NCBI GenBank assembly: GCA_000146045.2
Contig: BK006938.2
Coordinates: 736,001-800,000 of the forward strand
Length of the DNA: 64,000 bases
Reading direction: 5' to 3'
From: TPA_inf: Saccharomyces
Taxonomy: Eukaryota
Under the pieces are notes generated by a model, which had not been told where the DNA came from, made no database searches, and saw only the letters and a program-made list of their open reading frames with translations. The translations under genes and the position numbers were made by a program. This document shows positions 1 through 11,566 of the stretch, piece after piece. How positions within the stretch are numbered: position 1 is the first letter of the stretch; each line of letters begins with the position of its first letter.

Positions 1-3000
1 AGTTCGTAAAGTTTATAAATGCATTAGGTAGGTATTTGAAAAACACATCAGATATCTCCCTCCTAACTCGTTTTTGTTCTCCAAACTGCGTTTTACTTAC
101 TTTTCCAGAAATAAGGGCAACAAGTTTTAATATAGACAACGAAACATCAGAATAAAGGTTATAATTGGTTGCTACTTCTCTGAAAAATAGCAGGAAATCC
201 CCATAAAACTCCTCCATTGCAGAGTTTTCTACAGAATCCACGTAGTTAAACAAAAATGCAATAATCGATTCCCCGCTTAATCTTTTTAACATGGAAGGCT
301 CCCCTTTAGTTAATTTAGTTGTGCTTGACCTACTTCCGTCACGATTAGAAAACTTGACAGATGCCGTTCTGTTGTATCTGATAATTACACCATACAATAA
401 ATGTGGTATTGTAATGGCGGGTTTATTGCCGTCGAGCACATGTACTAGTGTGACTGTAGTATTGTCTGATCTAATGCTGATCAAATTTTCCAGAAGTTCC
501 AAAGGTTCTAGTAGAAATAAGGTTTCCAACAGTTTCTTCGACCTAAATTTGAACTTGTATGAGTTATGATTAGTGGCGTCCAGGCTAGAATCATCGTTAG
601 ATTTACACGAAATGTTATGGGCCCAATACCAGATATCTAAACAGCATGAAATCACCTGTCTGAAAGATTGTAGTATTACGTCTCTTTCCCCCTGAATCTT
701 ACTTTCTTCATTGGAAGAATCTGACGAAAAAACGTTTGAAACAACGGATTGAATAAAATCACCCTTTAGATTAGACCCAGAAAAGTATCCTTCCCTTTCC
801 TCGGTGACAAGGTAACCATGTGAAATCTCTAATAGCTCTTCCAGACCACCCAGAAGCAAAGCTATTGGTTGGTAATAACCACCTTCTCTCTTTTCTAGCA
901 AAAACAATCTCTGAACACACTGTACAAGAGATGCAGACAATGGTAAAATCATTCGAAATATAGAATTCTCAAAATAAACAATGCTTTCGGAAAGAAGCTT
1001 CACATAGGCCGTTACAATAAGAGGGCTTTTCATATTTGAAACGCTGGTAACAAGGAAATCGATATATTTTAAATGGGCAGCATTGTCATCAAAAATGTCT
1101 AGTTTAATACCATTATCGTGTGATAGTCTGAGAACCTTCGATACAATATCTAACAAGGAAACTGCTATTAACTCGGGCTCAATTCCTTCTTCTGCAATAT
1201 ATTTAGACGACATTTGCAGCAAAAATATGACAATGTCCTTGAAATTTTGCTCAGTTCCATCGAGTAAGATATCCAAAAGAATCAGAGCACTCCTGATACT
1301 TTTCGCATGTGTATTGCTCTTTATATTTAGAAATCTCATCAATGTAACCAACAGCAAACTTTTATATGTGGAAACGTCTTCATTCTTCCATATGGTCGAA
1401 GATTTTATTGAGGTAAGCTCAGTGGAAAAAACTTTCCTAGTGCGTCCATTGTTTGTTTTCAAAACATAAGCAAGCATTTGGAACTCATATGTGAGCATAT
1501 CAAGATCATCCCTTTCGTCTAATCTTTCTTTTTCGAGACGATTAACCTTTAAAATATTATCAGTCAAAATGTAAAATAATCTTGAAGCAGATCCCGAGTT
1601 TAATATCGATAAAATCCACTTTGAAACGGTTAAATAAAAAGGATTCTGGTCATCAAAAAGTTCGCCCAAAATTAATTCAAGAGGGCGCCTAATCAAGTTT
1701 GAATCTGAGTCTAATTGTGTCCATAACAGATCTAACACGCTTAATCTCTCGGATATATCTTCCTCTTCCACAAAAGTATACACTAACGCACTTTCAATAA
1801 ATTTGGATGGAATAAATCTGTTTAAAGTCTTTAAGTTCTTGACACCTAGTATTTGATGGCGTGGATCTTTTAAAGATTTCCATACGGCCATCATGACTAC
1901 TTTCAATAATTTCATCGATTCAATGAATTCCATGCGTGAATATAAGTAGTTACCAAAAATTTCCACAATTCCAACGATTTCTTCTGATTTTGCATCATTA
2001 TTAGATTCACAAAGCCTGGGAATAGCCTCAAATATGCTCTGAGTTATTTTTTTATCCGACCAGCTTATGTGAGATCGTCCTTTAAGTTCTTCAGACTCAG
2101 GTATCTTTTCGAAAATAGCTATAAATAATTTGGAGCTTTCATTGATATTTTCCAAGTCCCATAAACTTGAAAGAAGCTTCTTCTGAATCAGGTCTGCTAT
2201 TAAAAAAGTTAGATCTTCTGTTGTAAAGGGTGGCAAACGCTCAGCTATATTTTCTTTCTCTAAAATGCTAGATGGATTAGAAACATTGGTATAAAACCCA
2301 CGTATTTTGGCCAAAAGTTCTTCGCAGCTTACTTCATCATCGTGCTTTAGTTTTGAGTGACTGAGAGGGAGAAGGGCTCTCTCGGGGATATAGTTTAACA
2401 ATTTGTTGTACAAAGAAAATTTTTGGAGCTTATAAATATTGTCGAAATCTTTATCATTAGATGGAAGGGCCAGTAAAGTTAATAATATCAAAGGAAGGTG
2501 GCGTACGATAATCTCTTCGTCGTTTCCAATATTAAAATTTGTTAATACGAAATCCAAAATTTTTAGGTTTTTGATGTCTTCAAGTTCTTGAAATAGCTTT
2601 CCCCATATAATATTTGTTTCAGTATTGTCAAAGAAAGTACGTGCCGTTTTCATTATTTGTTCGTTTTGTTTAAATTTTTCCGAGGAATAGAGAAGTGGGA
2701 TGAACAATTCAGGAATTACAAGTGAGCCAATTTCCCATCTATCCATTACTGCCATACTTATCCTGAATGCAGTTAACACGGATTCTTCTTCTGAAAGAAG
2801 GTCGCTTAAACCTTCTAAAAGGGCGCTTAATCCATATTTTGTAAAATATACATTACTTTCCTCGTTTGCTGACTTAACCGAGGTAGTATATTCCATGGAG
2901 TTCCCGCCGTTATTGTTTAGCATGCCCCCAGCAGTAGGACCGAGAAGCCAGTTCCATATTCTTCTGTTCAAAGACATATCCTTGCTCAAAGTAGTTCTAC

Positions 3001-3997
3001 AACAACTCATTATCAATAACTTTTTATCCTCAGAAGTAATAAGAACATTCAAAACGGGAGAGTCTAGCCTCAACCTCTGTAATAAAAGGTCCAAAACGCT
3101 CCTTTTAATAAGAATATCATTTTCATCTTCTAAACAACCGACAAGGCATCGGATAAGTAGACCTGGTTCAGGGGTTACTAAATCTTTGGCAGCAGGCAAT
3201 AAGACCTTGAAAGCTTCTTCTTTTCTTTTTTTCCTGTCTAGATGAGAATCGTTGGTTTCAGTTTCACTTGGGTTCTCTTCCGCTTCCATTTTTATTTTAT
3301 TTACTAGATGAGGTACAGCATTCAACGACGGAAACTTTCTAGTCAACCACGTGAGTCCGCCCAGTCTTCTGCCTTTATTTGCAGTCATGACTAGAAACAA
3401 CGTTTGCCAAAATAAGGAATCATCATCCAAGTTCTCCTGCAGAGTCTCAATGAGTTTTAAAGTTAAAGGTAAAAAATCGTTGCTTTCATCATCAATTCCT
3501 GGCAATAAACTAGAAATCAAAGGTCTGATGAGCAGTCTTAACGTTGTTTGAGGCAACAGAAGGATATAGTTATCGTAAAGCTCTATCAAATGTGACCTAA
3601 CAGACATAGAGGCATAAGTCATCAAAGGTAAAATTCCCGGGATCCAAATGTTACATTCTGTAGCCAGAGTTTCAAGGCCAATATGTTCAAAGATATACGT
3701 ATATACTTCTAAAGTTTTCTGATGAACACCTGCTGGTAACGCCGGCGATAATGAGGATGTCAATCTTCGACTTACTTGATATGGAGAAGGAACATAGTAC
3801 CTTACATTCTGAAATTTAGGTGACCAGCTTTGCAACGCCTTTAATAGTGTTCCCAAACTAGCAATATAGTCCGCCCATTCTGTTACAGAGTCAAATCTTT
3901 CTAATGCTCGCTCGACATTAGCACGAAACTTCTTCTGTTTGGAGTCTAGTTGTTTATTATTTGAGTCAATTGTAAGGGGCTTTAGTGGTAAGGACAT
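1..3997 (-). CDS. DOP1: DOP1 (Dopey family, endosome/Golgi trafficking), N-terminal part of the gene. The start codon is at 3997 and the ORF continues off the 5' window edge.
   Basis: The reverse complement from 3997 reads MSLPLKPLTIDSNNKQLDSKQKKFRANVERALERFDSV.... This is an uninterrupted minus-strand reading frame through position 1. The ORF track misses it because it has no in-window stop. I recognise it as the DOP1 N-terminus. Confidence 0.85.
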   Translation of the reverse strand, partial: MSLPLKPLTIDSNNKQLDSKQKKFRANVERALERFDSVTEWADYIASLGTLLKALQSWSPKFQNVRYYVPSPYQVSRRLTSSLSPALPAGVHQKTLEVYTYIFEHIGLETLATECNIWIPGILPLMTYASMSVRSHLIELYDNYILLLPQTTLRLLIRPLISSLLPGIDDESNDFLPLTLKLIETLQENLDDDSLFWQTLFLVMTANKGRRLGGLTWLTRKFPSLNAVPHLVNKIKMEAEENPSETETNDSHLDRKKRKEEAFKVLLPAAKDLVTPEPGLLIRCLVGCLEDENDILIKRSVLDLLLQRLRLDSPVLNVLITSEDKKLLIMSCCRTTLSKDMSLNRRIWNWLLGPTAGGMLNNNGGNSMEYTTSVKSANEESNVYFTKYGLSALLEGLSDLLSEEESVLTAFRISMAVMDRWEIGSLVIPELFIPLLYSSEKFKQNEQIMKTARTFFDNTETNIIWGKLFQELEDIKNLKILDFVLTNFNIGNDEEIIVRHLPLILLTLLALPSNDKDFDNIYKLQKFSLYNKLLNYIPERALLPLSHSKLKHDDEVSCEELLAKIRGFYTNVSNPSSILEKENIAERLPPFTTEDLTFLIADLIQKKLLSSLWDLENINESSKLFIAIFEKIPESEELKGRSHISWSDKKITQSIFEAIPRLCESNNDAKSEEIVGIVEIFGNYLYSRMEFIESMKLLKVVMMAVWKSLKDPRHQILGVKNLKTLNRFIPSKFIESALVYTFVEEEDISERLSVLDLLWTQLDSDSNLIRRPLELILGELFDDQNPFYLTVSKWILSILNSGSASRLFYILTDNILKVNRLEKERLDERDDLDMLTYEFQMLAYVLKTNNGRTRKVFSTELTSIKSSTIWKNEDVSTYKSLLLVTLMRFLNIKSNTHAKSIRSALILLDILLDGTEQNFKDIVIFLLQMSSKYIAEEGIEPELIAVSLLDIVSKVLRLSHDNGIKLDIFDDNAAHLKYIDFLVTSVSNMKSPLIVTAYVKLLSESIVYFENSIFRMILPLSASLVQCVQRLFLLEKREGGYYQPIALLLGGLEELLEISHGYLVTEEREGYFSGSNLKGDFIQSVVSNVFSSDSSNEESKIQGERDVILQSFRQVISCCLDIWYWAHNISCKSNDDSSLDATNHNSYKFKFRSKKLLETLFLLEPLELLENLISIRSDNTTVTLVHVLDGNKPAITIPHLLYGVIIRYNRTASVKFSNRDGSRSSTTKLTKGEPSMLKRLSGESIIAFLFNYVDSVENSAMEEFYGDFLLFFREVATNYNLYSDVSLSILKLVALISGKVSKTQFGEQKRVRREISDVFFKYLPNAFINFTN

Positions 3998-4472
3998 TTT
4001 TTGTCGATCCTCTCAGAAAAAGCTGCTCTGTCGGCTTTTTATTTCACCGTTATAAACATAATTGGGAGGCTTGAGTTTTATATTAGGTATTGCTATTGTT
4101 CCTTTTCCAGTGAGATCGAAGCTTAGCCTTTGAAAAAACCAAAATCACTTTTGATCACGTGCCTCGGGTGGAACGCCCAGCAAATATATAAGTATGTCGT
4201 TTATTAATAAAACGGTAATCGGACTCTAAATATTCCTTCTTTCAGCACTCGCTTATGTCGTTATAAAAACTTGATTAATTTGAGTAATTAGCAGTTTTTG
4301 CCGTAGGTATGTTTTTAGAATGTTCTTTTGCACAGTCAGAAGCGTTGTTACCCATAATTTCGTGTTGAGAATATTAAATAATTACGTAAATGATCTGCCA
4401 AATGCTGACAATGATTGAAAAATAATTTTAAAGTTTAAATAATGCAAAAAATTTGTGTAAAAAGAATATGTG

Positions 4473-5600
4473 TCAACCTAAGCCGTTCCATACAAATAAA
4501 TTTCCATCCCATGCAGTTGAAGCCACATATCCTGGCTTTCCCCACAAGCTCCAGTCAGCTCCAAATACGAATTCTGAATGCTGTGTGAAATTGAAAATGG
4601 AACCTTTAGTAGCATCCGTAGAGTTAGTTTTATATGTTTCTTTTGCACCATCGTTGCTGAGATCTCTCCATATTCGACAGGTCATATCATATGAAGCTGA
4701 CATTAAAATATTGGAATGATGAGGGGACCAGGTAACTTTTCTGATTGCCAGCCCGTGCGCATTAGGGATTTCATTGATGCATGATGAATTGTGAAGTTGG
4801 CCGGGCACAGTCCTCTTGATAGTCGCTGATTCATTTTTATTTAGCATCCTAATGTCCCAGATTCTAATGGCATTATCTACACCTCCTGTGGCAACTACAT
4901 AAGGTCTGTATTTGTTGAAATCGCAAGTCAATGCTTCTAGTCCTGAATGCACTAAAAAATTATTCTGATTTTTGCCGGAAGGTAGTCTAATGTCAAATAA
5001 GCTTGCATAAGAATTCCCTGAACAGGATAATACGAGATTTTGGTCGTGGGGCGAGAACTGTGCTTGGTATACACAGTTCCTGTTTTTTGAAATACCTGTA
5101 AAGCTTTTCTTTTTCAATATAATGGCGTTTAATGGATCCACCATTTTGGTAATCTCTAAAGGTCGTGGAGTAAGGGTCATTAAACTTTGCTTTCTTAGAG
5201 GGGACCATATTTTTATAGATCCATCCCATGAACTACTTAAGAAATTCTGCCTGTTGACTAAGTTCCAATTACAACTGAATACTTCTCGTTCATGCTCTTT
5301 AAATATAGCAATAGGAAACTCTTTAAAGGTTGTATCAAACAAGCGTAATGTACCATCGCCCTGTGCAACCAACACTTGGTTTTCATGACTTTCGTTCCAT
5401 GCAAGATCAAATAAACAATCCTGTGTTAAAAAGGAATTAACTTCCACTATTCTACCTGAACGATCAATCTCAAGGATGAACAATTTTCCATTCCCAACCA
5501 GGCCAAAGTTTGAACCAGCAGCTACCGCGAGCCTGTTATCGAAAAAGGGAGAATACTGGACACCGTACCCACTAAAACCTTGCATATGATATCTGAGCAT
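4473..5600 (-). CDS. PEX7: PEX7, the WD40 PTS2 peroxisomal import receptor (375 aa).
   Basis: The track ORF 4473..5771 carries a 57-aa extension beginning at a GTG. The first ATG gives MLRYHMQGFSGYGVQYSPFFDN..., a WD-repeat protein matching PEX7 in length. Confidence 0.85.
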   Translation of the reverse strand: MLRYHMQGFSGYGVQYSPFFDNRLAVAAGSNFGLVGNGKLFILEIDRSGRIVEVNSFLTQDCLFDLAWNESHENQVLVAQGDGTLRLFDTTFKEFPIAIFKEHEREVFSCNWNLVNRQNFLSSSWDGSIKIWSPLRKQSLMTLTPRPLEITKMVDPLNAIILKKKSFTGISKNRNCVYQAQFSPHDQNLVLSCSGNSYASLFDIRLPSGKNQNNFLVHSGLEALTCDFNKYRPYVVATGGVDNAIRIWDIRMLNKNESATIKRTVPGQLHNSSCINEIPNAHGLAIRKVTWSPHHSNILMSASYDMTCRIWRDLSNDGAKETYKTNSTDATKGSIFNFTQHSEFVFGADWSLWGKPGYVASTAWDGNLFVWNGLG

Positions 5601-6041
5601 GTTGTATAAATTATGCAAAAAGTTAGATGATAGTCCGTTAACAATATGAGATCTCTGCACTTTTCGAGCGTCGAATTCCAAATCAGAAAGAAAACGATTT
5701 CGACCTCCGGTAAAAGATTTTATGGTAAGAAAACACAGTTTGTGTTCCACAGTTCTTAAAAGTGTTTTCACCTTTTACTGTTTTGCGAAACGACTTTTCA
5801 GAGGAGGTTATGTCGGTGGTTTAATTTCTCGGCCTTCATATTTACTTGCTGGAGACATGCAAATTTCTGATTAACAATGATTATAGAACTTTAAGTAGAA
5901 GTAAAGAAAAATAAGTATATGATATATATATATAAAGATGCAGATAAAAAAAAGGTAAAAGGAGTAGAAAATAATGTCTGAAAATGGATGACTGCCAATA
6001 GGACATATTTTCATATTAACATACTTCAGAAGCGGTATTGT

Positions 6042-7874
6042 TTATTGTGATGATCGTTGCTCATTGTTATCATTAGGGACGTCGTTATGAATGGTGGTGT
6101 CCGAACTGCTTGAACCTTGGCCTTGAGAGGGATTTTCGTCTGTAGGAGGAAAGGCAGCAGAATTGTTGTTGCGTAGTTCGACGGTAGTAACATCACCATT
6201 TTGATTTCTATAACTGGCAACACCGGAGGAAAACAAGTTATTTCTGTTGTTCTCACCAGTACTTCCACCTCGTTGTTGATCATTGCTATGGTTATTGTCG
6301 TTATTGTTGTCTCTTGAGCCATTCGTAAAATGGCCTGTTAATCGTGAAATATTTTCCAAAAAGGAACTTCCTTGCGTTGTATCAGAGGACGATGAGTCAT
6401 TACGTCCTTGGTTGTGAACAGTTTGTGCTCCGGGTGCTGTTGTTGCAGAGGTATCAGAAGTTCCCCTCTGAGCAACGTTGAATATGTGATCCAAAACGGC
6501 TCTTAGTCTGTTGTGGTGAGGGTCTGTAGCGTCACTACTAGTGTTATTTGAGTTTGGACCGTTCGCTGCTGATGGGCTTGCCGAAGAATCAGAAGCGGAA
6601 GGATTCGGATTTGGACTGTGGAATTGGAACAAAGTCAAAGGGATGGGAACCCAGCGCGGACTTTGATTGTTATTCGAACCACCAGAATTAGAGGGTGGAT
6701 TTTGAGTAGTTGAGCTCGGCCCGTTGACACCGTTTCTATCGCTATCATTAGGCGGTAAACGGACTGGATTGTGTAAAGGTTGGCCGTTTTGAGGCACTAA
6801 AAAAAAGCCTGTTCTTGATAACATCTGTTCGCCAGAACTTGCATTTCCGATAGTGGGAACCGTTGTATTGGACGTGTTTTCGGATGGGGCGGAACTATTT
6901 TCGTTAGTGCTATTCACTGCAGTTGGGTCGTATAAAACTCGTCTAATACGTTCAAAAGCAGCTTCGTTAGCTGCTACTTCATCCGTATCTTGTTGGGCTG
7001 CACGTTGAACACCTACAGATTCGCTGATCTTTTGTCTACAAAGGGGACAAGAATTTTCTAATCTTGACCATTTGTAGATACATTCCCTCCCAAAAATGTG
7101 GCCACAAGGTAACTTGATTGGTGAGTGTTTGTAGCTTGGATTTGTTTCTTCATCATTGAGAGTGCGTTGTTGTTCAGTGAGAGGAATAGAAGGCGGTTCA
7201 ACAACCGTAGCATTTGTAATCGATGGGTTACTGTCATTATCGGCGGTTGTGCGTAGGGGCGCACCTTCATTATCCTTCCTTTTTTTTGTTCCTTCAGATT
7301 CCTCCTCATTTTCAGAATCCCTTTTTCTTTTTGCTTTAGTTGAATCAACTTCATCTTCATATTCGTCATAACATATACTACATAAGGGCCCTTCGGCCTT
7401 GGGTAGATCAGAAACTTGCAGAACGGGGAGCTTATCAAACTCATCCTTTGATATTCCTTTTGGTCTATTTAATAGTCTGTTGAATCTCTCCATTGCAAGC
7501 TGAGCAGCAACAGATATGAAGCTGTTCAAACGGTCTTGTGGAGTAGACGCAGGAACATCACGAAAAGATAAAACAAGAGCACCGTCGGGTTGATGGCCCC
7601 CATTTCCGATGCCAAAGCTGGGCCCAGTACCGTTGGCAATCGTGCTACCGGATGCTGCGCTGTTGTTTTCGTTATTATCATTATTAGATATATTGCTCAA
7701 ATGTGCTAATCTCTCCGGAGTGAAATAGGAATACTGAATGGAAACGGTTATGTTTCTTGTTTGCTCAGCACCACCATTGAGTGGACCGGAAGCTGCATTT
7801 GAATTATTATTATTTTCAGCATTATTTGGTGATGTATTTGTGCCTCTGTTTTGTTCTTGACCACTTTCACTCAT
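6042..7874 (-). CDS. SAN1: SAN1, the nuclear protein-quality-control RING E3 ubiquitin ligase (610 aa).
   Basis: The track ORF begins MFIM with a TTG. The first ATG gives MSESGQEQNRG.... It has a RING-type motif (CSICYDEY...CGHIFGRECIYKWSRLENSCPLCRQ) flanked by long N/S-rich disordered regions. Confidence 0.85.
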   Translation of the reverse strand: MSESGQEQNRGTNTSPNNAENNNNSNAASGPLNGGAEQTRNITVSIQYSYFTPERLAHLSNISNNDNNENNSAASGSTIANGTGPSFGIGNGGHQPDGALVLSFRDVPASTPQDRLNSFISVAAQLAMERFNRLLNRPKGISKDEFDKLPVLQVSDLPKAEGPLCSICYDEYEDEVDSTKAKRKRDSENEEESEGTKKRKDNEGAPLRTTADNDSNPSITNATVVEPPSIPLTEQQRTLNDEETNPSYKHSPIKLPCGHIFGRECIYKWSRLENSCPLCRQKISESVGVQRAAQQDTDEVAANEAAFERIRRVLYDPTAVNSTNENSSAPSENTSNTTVPTIGNASSGEQMLSRTGFFLVPQNGQPLHNPVRLPPNDSDRNGVNGPSSTTQNPPSNSGGSNNNQSPRWVPIPLTLFQFHSPNPNPSASDSSASPSAANGPNSNNTSSDATDPHHNRLRAVLDHIFNVAQRGTSDTSATTAPGAQTVHNQGRNDSSSSDTTQGSSFLENISRLTGHFTNGSRDNNNDNNHSNDQQRGGSTGENNRNNLFSSGVASYRNQNGDVTTVELRNNNSAAFPPTDENPSQGQGSSSSDTTIHNDVPNDNNEQRSSQ

Positions 7875-8310
7875 AATGAACAAAAGCTGAGGTTACAAGA
7901 CTATGAGAGAAAACAAAGGGGAAAAAAGGGAGAAACGAACTATCCTGAAATGCTAAATAATTTCTATCTATAGTAGCTTCACTAGAGGATATATATGATA
8001 AACTATATTTCCTTCAATATATAGTTTTTAGCTATTATTTCATTATTGATTTGGTGATACTAATGCAATGTAGTTATATGTAAAAAATTCTTTCATATTT
8101 TTTGACAATGGCAGATAGAATGTTTTACCCGGCTTTTTGCGTCGAAGTATATAATTGTTGATTAAGAAGCCAGTAACAATAAAAAAGAACAGTATTATTT
8201 ATTTTACGTTAAAAGACGCTTTTCTTTCAAGTAATGTACAATGTTATACCTCCAGATATACATTGCAACTTTTAAAGTCTAGTAAATGCTTATATGGAGG
8301 GAGGGATTTA

Positions 8311-10101
8311 TCAAATGTGATGAAAAATAGCTGTAATGAACCTGGCGAAAAATGGAGGATTCAGATTGTGTCCTCCGTTTTCTTTTCTCGTAGATGAACT
8401 TGAGGTGGGAGATAACATTCCTGTTGAGGAAGTACTTGAGGTAGATTTTGAAATAGAGAGAGCTGTCGTACTTGTTTGGGTTTTTTGGCCTTTGGAGCTG
8501 GAAGAACTTGTTGCCGAATGAGACGTGGAAGCAAAGTACGATATACTGGAGTTAGCTGCCGTGGAAAACATGTTGCCGCCGGAGACAATACTTTCATATG
8601 TAGACCAAGTGCTTGAGTAACCAGGTGCTTTAAGAGCACTTGGAACCGCGCTCTCTATAATCTCAATGTATTCACCGTCGTCGCTGAAGTTAGCCTGAGC
8701 CATTGATATCTCCATATTGTCCAGATCATATACCACGTAAGTATTAGCTAAGAAGTTATCACCCAAAATAATGGTCGGATCTGACTGCGGTGCAATACCT
8801 AGTATACAAATGTTTGAACGACTATCTGTGACTAGCTGAAAATCGCTTAACCAATTAGAAAGATAGAATCCACCAAAATCAAAGATGATGCTACTCTCTT
8901 CTTCCATCTCTTTGATACAATCCATTATGTAGTAACCATATGCAGAAGAGTAAGTAGCTCCGACCTGGTCGGCAAGCATTTTTACCAGCTCAGTTGGCAT
9001 ATACGATATGGTCGTACCTGAATCTAGCAGGACTGGGATCTTTGTAGTGGTTAGGGTTGTCAGATTGTCTTCTTTATCCCCTTTCGACGTACCTAATCCT
9101 TGTAAAGTGACTTGGAATTGAATTGGATCCTTGTAGCCGCGATGCTGCAAAGTATTAATGATGGGAATTGTGTATAGGTCGCCCGCATATTTTCCATGAT
9201 CCACAGCGCCAAACAAAATGGTACCATGTTTCGAATCAGAATCATTTGCGAATAAAGAATAAGCTGTTGATTTTATTACACCCGAATTCTTTAGCACCAT
9301 CGGAAAGTTATTGTAAGTGTAGCTTTTTTGTACAGAGCTGAGAGAAACACCAGAATAAGTTGACTCCAAGCCAGGCAAACCAATACCCAAGACACCAACT
9401 GTTGAGTTTGTTTCGTTTGCTACAGCAAATGATAAACCCGTAATGTTCAAATCGTTCAAGCTCAATTGATCATGGCCCCAGGTACCAGATGCAAAAGTCG
9501 TATCACCATAGGCGATCGAAAATTCTGTATTATTGGAGTTGAATGTAGACGACTTAGAGGTATTAAATGTCCCGTATGTAGCGCAGTCAATTAACTGTGA
9601 TGTAGAAGCTGTACTATCAAAAGTAGCAGTGGCTTCGCTGGTAACTATAGTGGTGTCGTAGCTAATTTCAGTAAACACACTCTCAACCACGCTAGCCAAA
9701 GCATCCTTGTTTACTTGTTTAAAGGATGAGCCAGTGGTATCCTTCTTTTTAGTGGAACAGTATGGGTTGTCTGAACCCGTGACCCATAGATCAGAAGAAC
9801 CAGTGTCGACAAGCACAGTAACTTTTTGAGGAGGGGTGCCAATATCTAATTCCACCGAATAAAAACTGTTTTGATTAGTCAGTTCCACCAGCTCGTAATC
9901 ATCATCTCTTGTCATCAAACGCGTTCTACCTTTTGTATCATCCAAAGCGTTTTCAAATGAACTGCCGTATTTCTTCTGAAAATTCATTTTGACATAGACT
10001 TCATTACTTGGTAAGGATGGAAAATCTGTAACACCGGCATCTACTATTGAGCTGCAGACAAGTAATGCATCTACGACAAATGTGAGGACAGATAATTTCA
10101 T
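8311..10101 (-). CDS. MKC7: MKC7 / yapsin-2, a GPI-anchored aspartyl protease (596 aa).
   Basis: Taking the first ATG, the protein starts MKLSVLTFVVDALLVCSSIVDA (signal peptide). It has DTGSSD and DSGTT aspartyl-protease active-site motifs, a Ser/Thr-rich stalk and a hydrophobic C-terminal GPI signal. The track ORF carries a 35-aa TTG-initiated extension. Confidence 0.85.
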   Translation of the reverse strand: MKLSVLTFVVDALLVCSSIVDAGVTDFPSLPSNEVYVKMNFQKKYGSSFENALDDTKGRTRLMTRDDDYELVELTNQNSFYSVELDIGTPPQKVTVLVDTGSSDLWVTGSDNPYCSTKKKDTTGSSFKQVNKDALASVVESVFTEISYDTTIVTSEATATFDSTASTSQLIDCATYGTFNTSKSSTFNSNNTEFSIAYGDTTFASGTWGHDQLSLNDLNITGLSFAVANETNSTVGVLGIGLPGLESTYSGVSLSSVQKSYTYNNFPMVLKNSGVIKSTAYSLFANDSDSKHGTILFGAVDHGKYAGDLYTIPIINTLQHRGYKDPIQFQVTLQGLGTSKGDKEDNLTTLTTTKIPVLLDSGTTISYMPTELVKMLADQVGATYSSAYGYYIMDCIKEMEEESSIIFDFGGFYLSNWLSDFQLVTDSRSNICILGIAPQSDPTIILGDNFLANTYVVYDLDNMEISMAQANFSDDGEYIEIIESAVPSALKAPGYSSTWSTYESIVSGGNMFSTAANSSISYFASTSHSATSSSSSKGQKTQTSTTALSISKSTSSTSSTGMLSPTSSSSTRKENGGHNLNPPFFARFITAIFHHI

Positions 10102-10737
10102 AGAGCTCTTTCTTTTTCGTTTATTTTTGACGTATTTGCTCAAGCGAATAACGACAAAAGCTTGTTCTCTCGTTGATACTTTTAGCCAATTACAATTTCT
10201 TAGCAAGAACGAGTGACGCCAACCAAATTTCTCCCAAAAGTGATTATCTGAATAATGAAAGATGGTAGGAAATAAGGTATTGAAACAGGTTCAAAACTTT
10301 AAAAGAAAACTGCCAAATAAACTTTCTCGATGCGTAGCTGAAATTTCAACTTCAAAAAAAAAAAAACGCGTGTAACTTTCTACGTGCAAAACGATGTGTA
10401 TGAATCCCGTCTTAATTAGTAAATAGGGTCTAGTAAGCGTAGCGAGGATGAATTAAATGCATTGTTGAATATGAAGAGCACCTTATGGTATATAAATGTA
10501 CAATCTTGATTCATGACAGCTTTGCAAGTAAACGTATCAAATGAATATCACGATTTTGGCTGTATTACCCGGGCAGTATACGCGGCGAATTTTGTTAAAA
10601 AATGTGTTAGACTTAAGTCGGAGCAAATGAATAATGGGCATATATAGCGCATAGGTTCGCTAGTGTAAGACAGGAGACTGTCCAATAGCATTCGAATCAT
10701 AACCGAATCTTTGCCAGTGTGTGTATAAAATACGACA

Positions 10738-11526
10738 ATGTCTTCCAATCCAGAAAATTCTGGTGTTAATGCGAATAATAATACGGGCACTGGTAACGCT
10801 GATGCGATCACAGGAGCTCAGCAAAATATGGTACTGCAACCGAGACAGTTGCAAGAAATGGCCGCTAAGTTCAGGACATTACTGACTGAAGCAAGAAATG
10901 TAGGTGAAACTACTCCTAGGGGCAAGGAATTGATGTTCCAAGCCGCAAAGATCAAACAGGTATATGATGCCCTTACACTGAATAGGAGAAGACAACAGGC
11001 TGCGCAAGCCTACAATAATACTTCAAATTCAAATTCAAGCAATCCAGCTTCTATTCCTACTGAAAATGTCCCTAATTCATCACAGCAACAACAACAACAA
11101 CAACAACAGACAAGAAACAACAGTAACAAATTTAGCAATATGATAAAACAGGTTCTCACCCCGGAAGAGAACCAAGAATATGAAAAGCTATGGCAGAATT
11201 TCCAAGTCCGTCATACGAGTATAAAGGAGAAAGAGACCTACTTGAAACAAAATATTGATAGGTTAGAACAAGAAATAAATAAACAGACGGACGAAGGGCC
11301 CAAGCAGCAGCTACAAGAAAAGAAAATTGAACTGCTTAACGATTGGAAGGTGCTAAAAATTGAGTATACCAAGCTGTTCAATAATTATCAAAACAGTAAA
11401 AAAACATTCTATGTAGAGTGTGCAAGACACAATCCGGCTTTACATAAATTCTTGCAAGAAAGCACTCAACAGCAACGAGTGCAGCAACAAAGGGTACAAC
11501 AACAACAACAACAACAGCAGCAGCAG

Positions 11527-11566
<40 letters not shown>

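Noticed and set aside
3998-4472. A small plus-strand ORF at 4453..4719 and other ORFs of 60-90 aa at gene boundaries (for example 291..569, 1083..1469 and 2700..3245 inside DOP1 antisense).
   Set aside because: They are antisense to DOP1 or PEX7 coding sequence, or sit within short intergenic promoters. Nothing supports them beyond ORF length.
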